The notes beneath the pieces were generated by a model that was given only the letters and a program-made list of their open reading frames with translations, was not told the DNA's origin and ran no database searches. The translations under genes were made by a program, and so were the position numbers. DNA of 64,000 bases from NCBI GenBank assembly GCA_023213395.1, contig CM041465.1, positions 99,765,741-99,829,740 on the forward strand, read 5' to 3'. This DNA is from Cycas panzhihuaensis (lineage: Eukaryota > Plantae > Cycadophyta). Positions 24,421-37,919 of this stretch are shown here, in pieces. Positions within the stretch are counted from its first letter, which is position 1. Every line of letters starts with the position of its first letter.

Positions 24421-25630
24421 TAGTGACTAATTTCTAGTGCCCTATTATAAAACAAAGGGATGATTGAACGATGTTCCCTATTCAATTTTGGTTTAAATGA
24501 GCAGTTATAATTCTCCCCTCTCAATTTTGGCTTTGCCACTAATTTTGTATGACTATCCCTTATCTTGTTTTTTTGTGGACAAACTAGCCCTCTTCGTGTA
24601 TATTTTAATTTATGACCTCTAAATGTCAAATGGTGCACTCAACTCAATAACACCAACTGAAAAACTAGGTAAAAAAAAAAAAAGAAGACATTAAAAAAAA
24701 GAAAAGGGGGACGATGAAAATGCCCCATAACAAAATTATTAAGAAAAACAAAAGTGGCTTGTGCATGATGCATTTATAGTATATACTAAGAAAATATAGG
24801 TCGAGTCAAACTATCAAGCTACCACTTTAAGTTAGTGGAGGATTCGTGTCTCACATTCAGCTCAAAATGCTCAATAATTAACGAAACCAGCACTTTTTAA
24901 ACTACCGAATTCTTCATATTTGTCGTGTTTCAAGAATAAATATATATTGGCCCGATAAAGTTAAAACTAATTTTGTCTTTTCCTCATCTCTTTTTCTTTT
25001 AAAGCTGGACGAAACGGCTCTTGACAGCAATCAAGAGCTGTATAGGAGATCGTGGTGTCAACGGCAACTGTTACTGGATAACATTCCTGTCATCTTTCGC
25101 CTATAATTACGTCTAAAAGAGCCATAGGATATCACTTATTATTGACACGGCGTCCTCTTGCGGATGAATCTGGAATTAACATAAAAGGTTTATGGAGGGA
25201 CAAACATTGATGTAATTTGAATTCCATCCTCCTATCAAACGTTTAATTAAACCGAGTGGCCCACTCGTAAACCAGCGAACAGAAACATCTATCCATCCTG
25301 ATCCGTATTGACGAGCCATGGATGTTGATCCATGGCTTTGTTTGAGCTACTCGTCGCCCTCAATCCTTAACTGGTAACTTTTTTTAGGTCTTTGGTCGGT
25401 CTCCACCGTCCAGCATTTGCCTTGATGATTATTCCAAAAATGACACCTGCGGCATTAGGCGATTATTTTAGACGATCGATCATATCATGCGGCGTTCCTC
25501 AATCGGCCGAGTGGTGATCTTGTTATTTATTATTGCAAATAGCCGTAAATGGCCAATGGAATTTGAATATCGTGAGGTCAAATTAAAGAATTCGGAATAG
25601 AGAAAACTATTGCAGAGCATCGAAACCGGA

Positions 25631-25638
25631 TATAAATA
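25631..25638 (+). promoter_or_regulatory. TATA box of the WAK-like gene; W-boxes upstream at 24804-24809 and 25576-25581
   Basis: TATAAATA lies ~120 bp upstream of the ATG; AGTCAA and GGTCAA read TTGACY on the minus strand. Confidence 0.7.
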
Positions 25639-25758
25639 CCACTACTAAGGTGCGGAAGTATTGTCAGTGCTATACGTTAAGTTTTTCTCTTTGATTCGCA
25701 GGCAGAAACTATTCGGTCTAACACTCTTTGATGTTTTCTTTGGTGTCAGTGAGAAAGC

Positions 25759-26433
25759 ATGGCGATTGGAGGATATCTTCTGAGGTCTGCGATATTTCTC
25801 GTCGTGATGATATTTAGCAGTGAATCCGTTAAAGCTGCAACTGTTTGTCCCGATTGTGGGAGAACAAGAGTTCCGTATCCTTTGAGCACCGACGACGGGT
25901 GTGGGATCCCTATCTACAGAGTGCATTGCAACGACGACGAGCAGCTTGAATTCCAGTCGGCGGACGGCATTGCTTATATGATCACCAGTATCGATTCATC
26001 ATCCGGGCGGTTTGTCATAAAACCGCCGGCTCTGATCAGGGATTCGTGCATCTCTGCAGATTTTAGCAAGGGTGGGCTGAACCTTAATGAGAACTTGCCT
26101 TTCAATATTTCAACCCGCAACACGGTCATGCTATTAAACTGCTCGGAAAGACTACTGCTATCCCCATTAAACTGCACCTCCGCCAGTTTATGCCATCAAT
26201 TTGAGCAACAGATGGAAGCGGCCAAAAGTTGCAGAGATAAGCTTTGCTGTTCATATCTGAAGGACACCTCCTACACATCTCATAGGATACGAGTTCGGGA
26301 CGGAAGCTGCAGTGCGTACACAAGTATCGTCAATATGAATGCTGCATGGCCTCCGAGTGGGTGGAATTATGGCGTGGAGATCCAGTGGGTTCCCGTATCG
26401 ATCCCTTCTTACGGATCCCAGCCGAAGTCTTAA
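25759..26433 (+). CDS. Secreted wall-associated kinase-like (WAKL15/20-type) galacturonan-binding ectodomain protein, lacking transmembrane and kinase domains
   Basis: Intact intronless 224-aa ORF; signal-peptide-like N-terminus; CPDCG..VPYPLST..GCG...YRVHC, CISAD, LPFNISTRNTVMLLNCS, LCC, GSCSAYTS and GVEIQW match the GUB_WAK_bind ectodomain of WAKL20-like proteins. Confidence 0.93.
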   Translation: MAIGGYLLRSAIFLVVMIFSSESVKAATVCPDCGRTRVPYPLSTDDGCGIPIYRVHCNDDEQLEFQSADGIAYMITSIDSSSGRFVIKPPALIRDSCISADFSKGGLNLNENLPFNISTRNTVMLLNCSERLLLSPLNCTSASLCHQFEQQMEAAKSCRDKLCCSYLKDTSYTSHRIRVRDGSCSAYTSIVNMNAAWPPSGWNYGVEIQWVPVSIPSYGSQPKS

Positions 26434-29400
26434 GAAAATTTTGTCGGCGTGGCCGTCCAAATACATCCAGTCAGAGTGCTTTTTGCGATTGTAATCAAGG
26501 AATGAAATGTAGTATTTGATTGGCCTCCTAACAACGGTTGACGTAATGTAATGTTCGTAATTTGTTTTCCCATTTGCAGAGAATGCTTATGTCCGGATGT
26601 GGCTATAAGAGCAGCATTAACGTGGGATCTCAAACACATGTTGACATGAATTACTATTCAGTAAAATATAAAAGGGATTTTATGGGTTTTTCTAGAGGCA
26701 ATTGGACACTAAAAGAGATTATAGTGCTCACCAAAATTTCGGCACGTCCTATATAATATAGTAGTGAACTGAAATGTTTTCATTGTCTATCTTTAAGACT
26801 TTTATGTGTCATTTAATGTATTAAGTGTATTTATCAAATATTTATATTCACATTTTTTTTTTTTTTCAATATTCATTAAAGTTGTAAAGATTCTATTGTA
26901 AAATATATTATATTTGTTAAAATTAGAATAAATATAAAAGTAAGTCAGTTTTCTAAATGTATGTAGATATTTATTATCTATTTATCTATTTAATTTTATG
27001 TAATTAAATCAAAATCACTAATTATTCATATTTATATAAAATTAGTCATTCTTGATGGTTTTCTTATTGTTAAGATTACTAGAGTGAAGTGTCGATAGTT
27101 TCACCCCTTGTAAAAGGCATCGTCATTGGTGTTCATAGTAATGCAAGTTATATTATAAGCTCTTCTTTGTAGCATTTAAAATGTTATTGAAGTTATATTA
27201 AAAATAGGGATTATTAAGAAAATAAAAATATATGGATTATTCATATTTTTCCTTCATTCAGTAGGAAAGTAAACAATTTGAAAATTAATAAATAATAGTT
27301 TAATCTCCTTAACCATATTTAATTTGTCTAGGATAAACTAGTTTAGCCCATCCCATGACACTTGTATACATCAATGGTAGTTTAGATATGAACACTAGTG
27401 AGTTTAACTCCAAGAGTACCACTTGTTAGTAGATATATTATGCATGATTTGCTTTACTAAATGATCTATTACATATTTACTATTTACTTTTACACAAGAT
27501 ATTCCCTTAGTTAGGCGTACTACTATGTCCTTATGTTGCACCAAGAGCCAAATTCACTAGCCTATTACAATTCATTAGTTAGGCATAATCATGTAACTTG
27601 TCATTATCCTTACCTAAGATTAGTAAATATTTATGTATATAAATTATATATATCTTTTATTATTTAAATATTTTAATTAACTTAGATCATTTGTTCATTA
27701 ACAAATCATTTCAAAACTTCCATTTTATATGTTTTTTAGTCCCTTTCATATTTTTCTGGACATTTGTGACATTGAAGATAATTGATTACATTGCCACCAA
27801 GCACAGGTTTTCAGTCGTCTTTTGCCCCACCCAACCCACTTTACATTTATCAAAATGAGCTTCATAAGATCCTTCACACAATAAGAAAATGAGACTTGTT
27901 TTAGCCACATAACCTAAATTTGGTTCAAGTGTTGGAGGCATAACCCTAAATCTGAACTCTCCTTCATTACTTAATAGCCATATGCCTTATTCAACCCAAT
28001 CTACATAACATTCAATCCATCACGTAACTATTCCACCCCAGAGTTTAACCTCTCGTTATCTAATCTAATAGTTTAACCTCTTGAAAACACCTTTCTAGTT
28101 CCTTATCTTTACCCCTATATAAATATGATATAGTCTACTTATAATTACCCTTTTCCCCCATTGCATGGCTTCATTCTTAAATTATATAATAACCATTTAT
28201 ATACATGCAAAGTAATTACTAATATGGAGAAATTAGTTTATTACAATGCTCTTTTTAGAATGAAAGAAATCTAGTTTTATGGCAATATCTAATAAAATTA
28301 TTATGTGATATCCCTATTGATTAAGATTACTAAAGTTGAAACCTTTACTAGTATATGTGAAATTCCTAATACTATGGTGCTTGTCTAGGTTGTGGAATGA
28401 CTATTGAATTTTCCTTTCCTATGGGATTATTGTAACGGTCTACATGCATATGTATAAAACTATGCAATCAATTGCTTAGCCAGATGGGTTTTCAAGTGTG
28501 ACTGAATAGATAAGACATAGTGTATATTCCTTAAGATGTAATATCAATAATTATAGGGATATATGAGAAGAATTTTCTCTTGTAAGAGAATACAGTTCCA
28601 TAGAAGTGTCTTTTTCCATGAAGGAAATAAGAGAATTAAGGAGCTATTATAATAATTATTTGGCATTTTTCTTGACACTTACTCTTTTACATCTATAAGG
28701 AAGAAACTATCCTACTATGACATCTGCACCTCTTGTAAAAATTTATTCTTTAGTTGATTAGAACTACTCAAATCCTTAATTATATTCATGATGCCATCCA
28801 CTCATATGAACTTAACTAAGAAGAGGATGTTTACTTTCATATAAAAGCCATCTTACATAACCCATTTAGAGGACATAGTACCCTTCATTTACATGATTAT
28901 CTCTCTTTGTTATATGCATATAGATCCCATATCTTACAAGCAAGGAACTTAATAAATGTAATGCTATAAGTTCATTTCACCAACCCCTTTAGCATAGCTA
29001 AATTATTAGTTTGTAATTATTCTCTTTTTTATAATTTTATAAATTTGCTTTTGGTAGTTAAAATCTAAATTATTTTCTTCTCCATTTTAATCAAGCTTGG
29101 TCACCCCTCAAATAAAGATGTCACTATATTATGTCTTATACAATAAAATTTCTTACTCTTAGGGTTTTGTTTCTCGTATCGTCATTCCTTAAAATAAATT
29201 AATGATCCTATTAATTTTATTTCTATAATGAAATTAGTTAATTTTAGTCCCCTTAGATTAGGGTATATGCATTTCTTTTAATTTTGATAATAACATTTAT
29301 TTGAAAAGGAAAAGAGAATTTAAGGCTACATTTTGTCTTTAAAATCTAGTAATTATTACCTACCTACCCTACTCATGTGTTTCTATAATTACTTTCATTG

Positions 29401-29649
29401 ATATCTATGAAAAATTTCGTAGTTGTTAAAAACGTTTAGACATGAAGTAGAAACTACGAATAACTTCCATATAAATATCATTATTTTCTAAGGTAATAAT
29501 ATTGATTCTTGATATTAGAATTTTGATTCTTAAGTCCTAGTTTGTGAGAAAAATTATTTCTTATAGTTTTTTTTTTAAGTAGATTTCTATCCATTAGTGT
29601 TATCTCTATATTGCACATTATTTTTATTATGGGGAGCTAGCCTATGATC

Positions 29650-29790
29650 AAGTTGACTAAGTGGGTCCATCCCCTAAATATATGTATGAGCTTCAAAGTG
29701 GAAGGTAAACCATGGCAATAGCATCATCTACCTATACTTATGCTTTGATGTAAAACATGTTAAGAGAAAAATAATTCTTATGTGCCTTCT
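29650..29790 (+). repeat. Unclassified dispersed repeat, second copy at ~48348-48480
   Basis: Shared blocks GTTGAC.AAG.GGGTCCA, CATCTAC.TA.AC and GTAAAACATGTTAAGAGA. Confidence 0.6.
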
Positions 29791-29821
29791 TCTCCTAGTG
29801 GTCTAAGACAACCTTAAAGAG

Positions 29822-32800
29822 TGTTTCCCAACTATCGGGAATGGACATGGATAACGTCTCTTAGATAGGCACAAGTATACATCTCTACCCATTCTCTTAA
29901 TTCATTTTAGTACTTAGTGAGATGATTGATGGTTATGTGTGATATTATTACGTACATAGTTGTGATGCCTAGTTTGCCTAGCTATTTTATGCATGTAATT
30001 GTGATCCAACCTATGACGACTCAGGACCATGGTCCTATGGCACCACATGGCCCCTCATGACACCTTCCTAGCACTCTCGGGTACTTGTAGGCCCTTGCAA
30101 CCCACTTTTTACTTATGATTGGCATTATACATGATCTCTAGGACATCATTTTGGTTTAATTATCTTTTTGTATATTTCTACATCCCTCATTGGGGCCTCA
30201 TTTGCACATTTTTGCATGTTTGAGAGGCCCCATCGCTGCCTAGAAGTCCTATAAAACCCTTACCAGTCTAACAAACCATGTTTTCGCATCCTAGGACTCA
30301 TCTTTTAGGGGTATTTTAGGCTATATTTAGTTCGCACTATGACAATATTTATAATACTGCACTAAACTTTGTTCTACCACGAAGTTTCTCATTGGGTGAT
30401 AGTTTATTGATTTCTATGGCCTAGTAATGACCAGTTTCATATTTATTGCGAAAGTGACACGTGGTATACTACTGTTTCTCACATAGAGCGAATCCTAATT
30501 TCTTGAGAACCCTAATTGGGATATAAAAACCCAAATACGAGTTCATTTTACCTCTCTTGGCTCTTAAATGAAAGGAAAAAAATGCCTCCTATCTACATTT
30601 TTCACCTTTCTTCTCATTCTCTTCTTCTGAAAGGATAAAACCCTAATACACATGTCTAAATTAGACCTCCTTTAGGAGATGCTTCCTGCCGTGTGCTGAC
30701 TCTAGTAATGGCAGTAGGATTCCAAGGCTTTGAGTCTCCTTCTCACCTCCAAAAAGGCCCTTCTTCTCTTAGCAAACGTGACTCCCAGCTCTCCTTGTTT
30801 GCTCATGAGGTAACACTTATTTTACTTTAGTTTTGTGGTTGGAAATTGGTTAATTTCTGTTATTTTTCTCCTCTAGCAAGTGTGTTTATTCAACAACTTC
30901 ATTTGCTATAGGTTTTAGCATATATTTTACTTCTTTTTGGTAGCCAAAGGAAGGCAAACCCTTTCTTTCTTCATTGGTTGAACCTCCAAACCCCTTAGGT
31001 CTTCTTTGGTCATAGCTAAGCAGATTGTAGGATACCCTAGAGAAGGAGAAGAGGAGCTAACGACTGGGGTTCTGACTCCAAAATCCATATCCTCTAGGGC
31101 AACCCGCTACTTCTCAAAGTTTCCTATGTTGTATCTATTTTACAAGCTAAAAAATCCCCTTGGGTGAGGGTCTTTTCTTAATTGTAGCATTTGCAACACT
31201 TTCAGCGCTTCCAATCAACCCACATACATATTATTCAATAGTAATCTCCATTATGAACCTTACTTTTCATGGTATTTACATCCTTCTTGCATATTTTATA
31301 AAAGTTGCAGCATGACAACTTTTGTAGTTTTTATGACTTTTGCAACTTCTTGCATCATTTAGTACTTCTTATAAGTTGTTTCATTCCTTTTGGTTCCTTG
31401 AAGTTTTCAATCCCTGCCTAACCCACTCTTGCAGTACTGGAGCATATAGGAGGTGGTCTATTTGAGGGAGCTAGCCATTCCAAGGCTACCCTTTTCTTAC
31501 TTTCAAACCCCCTATGTTTCCCCCTAGAAATTCTTGAAAACATTTTTGTACATAAGGAAAATTATGGATTGTATTATTCATTTCGTTCAAAATATTAAGA
31601 AAGCTTTAACACCACTTTAGTAAGCATACACACACACACACATCAACACATACATGTACATGTATGCACCTGCTTGTTATTGAGAAGGTTCATTCATATG
31701 GGAAACACCACTCTTCTTGAGCAAGTAGGATCATGTTGAAAACCTATAGGTACGTTCATCTTTTTACATTTATGTTTCCTTGAATCTTTCCTTTAAGTTT
31801 CCTATTTTTTCATAATATACTTTAGGGAAGGTAAGGGAGCCCCACCCATGACTTCATCCATAATGTCTATCATGACTTGAAACATGAGGCAATGGGTGAA
31901 AGGAAAGCGAAGAGGAGAAAAGAGAGGTGCTTCACCAACTGGTTCATTCCTAGGTGCATTCCTTCCAACTCTTCTCCCCTTCTTTCTTCTTTGGTTCTTC
32001 CCCCTTCTTCCCTAAAAGGAACTTACTTATGTTTTCATGTAAATTGCAATTATCTTCTTGTACACTTGCATTCACCGAAAGGAAACACAAAAGAGACATA
32101 TTCATACTTACATTTTCACACTTTACAAACACACAAAGATCTTGCTTTTCTCGTTCATTTACATGAACAAAAAGGGTAGCTTGGATAAATATGTTTCTTG
32201 CTTCTTCCCTTAAGAAAAAAGTGAATAAATTTACCAAAGGACTTTCATTTTCTTATTACACTCCTTTTACATTCTGCATGCATGTACTAATAAAGGGGTA
32301 GAATTAGGAAAGTGTAATTTAGTTGGGAATGGTACTCTTATTTTTTGCATTACTAGGAAAGATTGCGTAGATCATATATATACTTTCTCTCCCTTACATT
32401 CCCTTTTCCTTTAAATTAATCTTCTATCAAGAAAGGAAATGAGAGAGGATAAGGAAAAGAGAGACTGTGTGTTCTTATTAAGTTATATTCTTTTAGCATC
32501 AATATCTTAGACTCTTACATCATCTTATCCCATAAATGAGACAAAGAACACTACCTAAAACTCTTATCATAGTTGAACAACTTTCACTCTTAGCTCAAAC
32601 CCTAGAAGCATCCCCTTTAGGTGACCTTAAAAAAAACTTGCCATTAGTCTTACTTCTCAGATTTGGTCTTCGCATACCAAATCCCTTCCTCATCATTCAA
32701 CTAACCATCTCTTTTACTTGTCCCATGAGTTCCCATCCTATTAGGGCCTACCCTTTCTCCTCCCCCTCTTCCCCAAAAGAGGGTCTTGGTCTTTTCTCTC

Positions 32801-33067
32801 CTTCCTTCTACCATTAGGATATGAGAGTCCTCTCCCAGGTTACTCAATAAATTGAGGATGCCCTTGCCTAACCTAGCTCTTAGAAGGTGCCTGTCAAAAG
32901 GGAAGGTCTTGTGCACTATTTACGGGTCTTCAAACCTGCATTCTGATGCATGGAATCCCTTTGTGGGTGACTTATCCCCTTACTCAAGGACCTTTAAATC
33001 CTTGATATAGTGATAGTGTTGGCTTAAGTATCCTTATCTTTATTGACCTCCCAGAGGCGTGCTTCCA
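29822..33067 (+). mobile_element. Solo LTR of the Tat family (3246 bp)
   Basis: TGTTTCCCAACTATCGGGAATGG...GAGGCGTGCTTCCA flanked by TSD AAGAG (29817-29821, 33068-33072); colinear with the LTR at 50969-54225; no PBS or PPT. Confidence 0.93.
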
Positions 33068-33093
33068 AAGAGAAGAAAAAAATAGAAAGAAGA

Positions 33094-33416
33094 TATCACA
33101 TGTTGCTGTTACACCAAAAGCCCTAGGATGATTTGGGAAGATGACTTTCTCATGATAGTTAGCATCACGCACTCTAATACTCCCCCATCACGAGGATTTA
33201 GCTATACCTACACGACATGCATGTCCACCACGACGTTCCTCGGTGCCACCCCCAACACCTTCATGTATCTCCGGGTGCACTACCATGGTACACAGGACTG
33301 GGTTTGAACCCTGGTCGCTATGATACCACTTGTCATGAGTTATCGTTACACCAAAAGCCCTGGGGTGATTTGGAAAGAGGACTTCCTCGTGATAGTTAGT
33401 GTCACATACTCCAATA
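33094..33416 (-). mobile_element. TRIM (terminal-repeat retrotransposon in miniature), 323 bp
   Basis: 86-bp direct repeats at 33094-33179 and 33331-33416. On the minus strand, PBS TGGTATCATAGC (tRNA-iMet) follows one repeat and PPT GATGGGGGAG precedes the other. TSD GAAGA/AAAGA (4 of 5 match). Confidence 0.9.
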
Positions 33417-36400
33417 AAAGAGATATTAATTAATTTAAAATATAGTTTTAAAAATATAGAAAATTAAGTTTTGAAACATGGATTATAGTGTAAATGTTGT
33501 TATCATCTTCAAAATAACCAGTCATGGACCCTAAATAGATATTATGTTAGAAAGTTACATAACATTTTAAAGTTTATAGTGTTAAACATATATTAGTAAA
33601 GGCCAACTTCATTTTTAGTTTATTATTTTAAGGGTTGGTCCTAGCTTAAAATAATATATGATTTAAATATATGGTCATATATAAAGATTGCATAGGTTAT
33701 TTAGAATTATATCTTTTATAGGTTATTTCTTCTCTTTATTCCTTTAGGAAGATGTGTTACTTTTTAGGTTTTCTTGCCTAGAAGAGGGATAATTGTTGTG
33801 GAAAGTATACTCTCATCTTATAGATGATTATGATATGGATAAGTTACATTATTCAATATTATTTCATTATGTTATACATTTATCATATTTGTTATTATTT
33901 TATTTCTTTGTATATTATCATATTTGCTATAGTTTGAGTACTTATAATTTTCTATTATTTTCAACTTTTAATATTTAGTAGTAATCAAGTATTTAAATGA
34001 TTAATTAATATTAGAATTGGGAATTAGCTTTGAAGAGTTACTATAGATCTTACTAAAGTATAATCTTGGCTAATTATGATTTTTATCAAAGATATAAAAT
34101 ATAGAGGGCATAAGATATCATAATTAAGAAGAAAGACCACAAAATTGAGGGTACATCTATGCCATGAATGTTGAGTAATAATGTTATATTATTTAGATTA
34201 GGGTTACAAAATCTATATAAATTTTAATTTTTTTTTATTGCTAGTCATTATTTAAAGGCTCAAAATTTAGCTATTCAATTCTTATAGACATTATAGGGCT
34301 ATAGGTAACTAATTAACCTCTATTTTTTAAAATTTAATATGTAATAAAATTTACTTTCCATAGTTTTATTTAGATTAAATATTATAATAGAATATTATCA
34401 ATAATTTATTTACAGGTAATATAATTATCCCCAAAACCTTTAATTTTTAATCAAATTCAAAAGGTCATCATAAAAGTTACAAGTCTCTTAATCACCTTAA
34501 ACTAGATTCATTAAAAGTATATTTGAGTTCTCCTTCTATACAGACACTTTCAGTTCAAGTATTATATTTATAGTACAAGTTATTTCAATTTTGGTTATAA
34601 ACACTTAGGCAAACTTTTAAATCCCTTAATAAGATGATGGTCATATGTAATATAATAAGATAGATTAAAAGACAGATCAAAATAGAACCAAGTAAGATAC
34701 TTTCATAAATAAAGAAAGAGTCTACATATAAGAAATTTGAAGAAAAAATAGTTAAGATGCATAAATAATGCAATGAAGGTTTCTCTTCTAATCAATTCAA
34801 AGAAGAACTAGTTCATATGTATGAAATAAGTAAGGAAGAATATACTTATAGTAATATGAAGAACCAACGAATATGCATAAACTAAGTGAGGTAGGATCCA
34901 TTTCTAAAAAGTGTGAACATGAATCACTCTTAAAATTAAGGCAACACATAAACTCAAATGAGGTAACTATTGAAAGCTAAAATTTCATTATTCATTCATA
35001 CATTTCTTTTCATAATTTAGTAGTTCCTTTCAAATCTTCACTTTTTATGCCTCTTAATTACCCTAAATTCCTTATTTTCCAGGAGACCATAGTTGATACA
35101 CATCCTTATTATCTTCATCTTCTTTCCTTTCTTCAACTCCTCATCCTATTTATCTCCTAACTTGATGAACATATACCCTTTCTATCATTCTTTATTTTCT
35201 TCCTTCTCTTTATCATCATCCCATCTCCTTAACACTATAGATATGATATTTAACTATTCTACATACCTCTCCTATATCCTCATAATATAAATTATACATC
35301 TATGTATAATTATTATTATTTCCATCATCTCATATTCTTCATCATCCATACATGCTATTTCCTAGCTACCGGGAATGGATTGGGATACCATCACATGGGT
35401 ATGGTCAAGAATATCTTCTCTCCCTTGCACTTTGTCACATTCTTATAATTGGTTTGATGTATGATGTTTGTATGATTACTTTAGTGCTTGGTTGGGTTAC
35501 TTGATCATCTTGCTTGTGCTTAACATCTATCTATGATAACTAGGACTCTAGTCCAATGACATTATAACTCCTAGGTGATCTCCCTTCTAGTTATAGGTAC
35601 TCTTGGCACATCTGTAGCCTGACTTATGCACACCTTGATCTACTTTATTATACCTACCTATTTTCCTCTTTACCACGCCTATCCCTCAATTCGTCTTGGG
35701 TGGTTTAAGGAGAGTTCTAGTGGGTAGGTGTCCCCTCATTGCTTGCTTAGTACTTGCTTATTCCTTATGCCCCATCAAGATCCACTACCTAGCACCCTTT
35801 TACATCCTAGCACCTTGATTGTCACCTTTTTCTTGAAGTCTTAACCATGTTGGGTGACTTTGTCACATGTTTCTACAAGTTGTTGATGTGCAGAATGGTC
35901 TTTAGGTCAGTGTATAATTCTCTAGGGAGTAGTCCCAGCCCCTGCTAGGGCTTACTCCCTCTTTTCCCACTCTTTAATTACTTATTTTGATTGTTCCATG
36001 CTTTATGCTACCACCCCACTACTAGTTATATCTGTCATATCCTGATTATTGTGCATTACTAATATATTAGTGGTGCCAGAAATAAGTTTGCAATGTGACT
36101 GTTATGTACTTTGCCGTGACCAGAAATAGCTAATCTTAGTCCTTGTGCCCGAACGATGCATTCCCCTGCCTTGGGACTCGCCTAGGTCAAACCCTAACGA
36201 CCCCAAGTCCTCTCCAAAGATACAAAAACCCCAAAATTTGAATACACTCTCATGAATCAATCATTCATTTTGATCATTCTTCCATTGCGGCAAAGGAAAA
36301 AACTTGTTTTGTTGGAAAAGGATCTTCCTCTTCTTCTTCCTTCTCTAATTCTTTCCTGCTCCCCCTACACTCAAAATTTGTAGGTTTCTCCTCTACAAGT

Positions 36401-37919
36401 AAGGAAAAGACAACCAAGAGTATCCCAAGCCAAGTAAAGAAGGCTTTTCACTAGGAAAATTGCCAGAGTTCTTATTCTTCTCTTCACCAAATAAGGGCTC
36501 CAACCTTGTCAACCCTATTCCCCACTTTGGGACACCACTTTCCATAATAAATATATTTTCTTTTGTCTTCCTTTTGTAGAAATCTCATGTTTTATTATTT
36601 ATTCTTTATTATTTCGGTAATAAGACTCTAGATTCATGCTTGGACTAGATTTGTAATTATGTTTCAAGCCATATTGCTTAGCGTAAGGAGGCAATACCTC
36701 CTTACCTAATTATTCTTCTCTTCCATTCCAAATCCTCTAGCTTTTGGAAAATAATGAGGCCAAACCAAGATAGGAGAGTTCGTGAAGAGGCTCACAGGCT
36801 AGAGTTCTAATTCCTAAAGCTTCCTCTCACTTGGGCAACCCCCCCCCCCCCTCTCAATACTTTGAGGCACATCTCCTTGCACTCCATCACTAGCTTTAGG
36901 GTTTGGTTTGGAGTGAGGCCCATACATGTGAAATATTCACTTCATTTTTGCTTCTAAACCCTATCCAAATAAGTGACCTATAGTTCATGTGGGTTATTCA
37001 CCATTCAGAGGAGCTTGCCATCCCAAGACAACACGCATTTCTTTTCCTTTATTTGCATGATAGGATTGTTGCATGCATACACTTACTAAAATTATTGAGC
37101 AAAGAACATATAATCTTACATTTGTTTAATTTTTTGCTTGCATATCTGCACACTAATATTGCATGTTAAGATCACATATATACACATACATCTTGCTTGT
37201 GGGAAGGCCTTTCTCTTTTTGTATTATAGGTTAGACGCTATTTTGCGAGCTAAGTAACTGGTCATGAAATGATAACATTTCATTTTTTTAAATTTTAGTT
37301 TCATTTCCACTTCATTTTCATTTTTTTTGTTCTTGTCTTGTGTATTGTTTAGGGACAGTAAGTAAGCCCCATTTGGAGGATAAAGGGAAGGTAAGGGAAC
37401 CCCTCCCTCCATCTTCAACAAATTTTGTGACAAAGGAATAGAAACAGAAGTATAAATAACTTGTGAAAATGTGGTGTAGAGAATAACAACGAAGCAACGC
37501 AATACACATGACACCAACCACCACAACTAGGTGCATACTTTCCTATGTGCCCTTCTCTTTTCCCTTCATTCTCCCTTTTACACGTTTTCATGTCAAAAAA
37601 AGGTAAAAGAAAAAGAATTGAAAGCCTCTCTTTATATGATTCTTTTCTTTTTCATTATATGCCGTAAAGGAAGGGAAATGAGTAAAGGAATCATATCATT
37701 TTTGCATTCACTTTTAGGAGACATTTCCCTCCTTGATCCTCTTCTTACTAAAAGAAGAGGTGTACATACACAAGGCAATACCTTACACTAAACCTTTCCT
37801 TTCTCTCTCTCATGCTTATAGTATTCACTACATTCATTGAAAAGTGAAAAAGGGTAAAGAAATAGATAAGAAAGGATTGCATATTATTTTGTATACCTAT
37901 TTTGGTCCTTTTTTAATGT

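Noticed and set aside
26434-29600. Downstream exons (transmembrane/kinase) of the WAK-like gene
   Set aside because: The ORF ends in a clean TAA, and no kinase motifs (VAIK, HRD, DFG) are visible in the ORF track or the sequence.
33180-33330. tRNA gene or SINE
   Set aside because: Only a 3' tRNA-like stretch is present; flanking 86-bp repeats, PBS and PPT fit a TRIM.
34560-34980. Purine-rich stretch that could be a decayed gag or other TE coding fragment
   Set aside because: No motif could be read with confidence.
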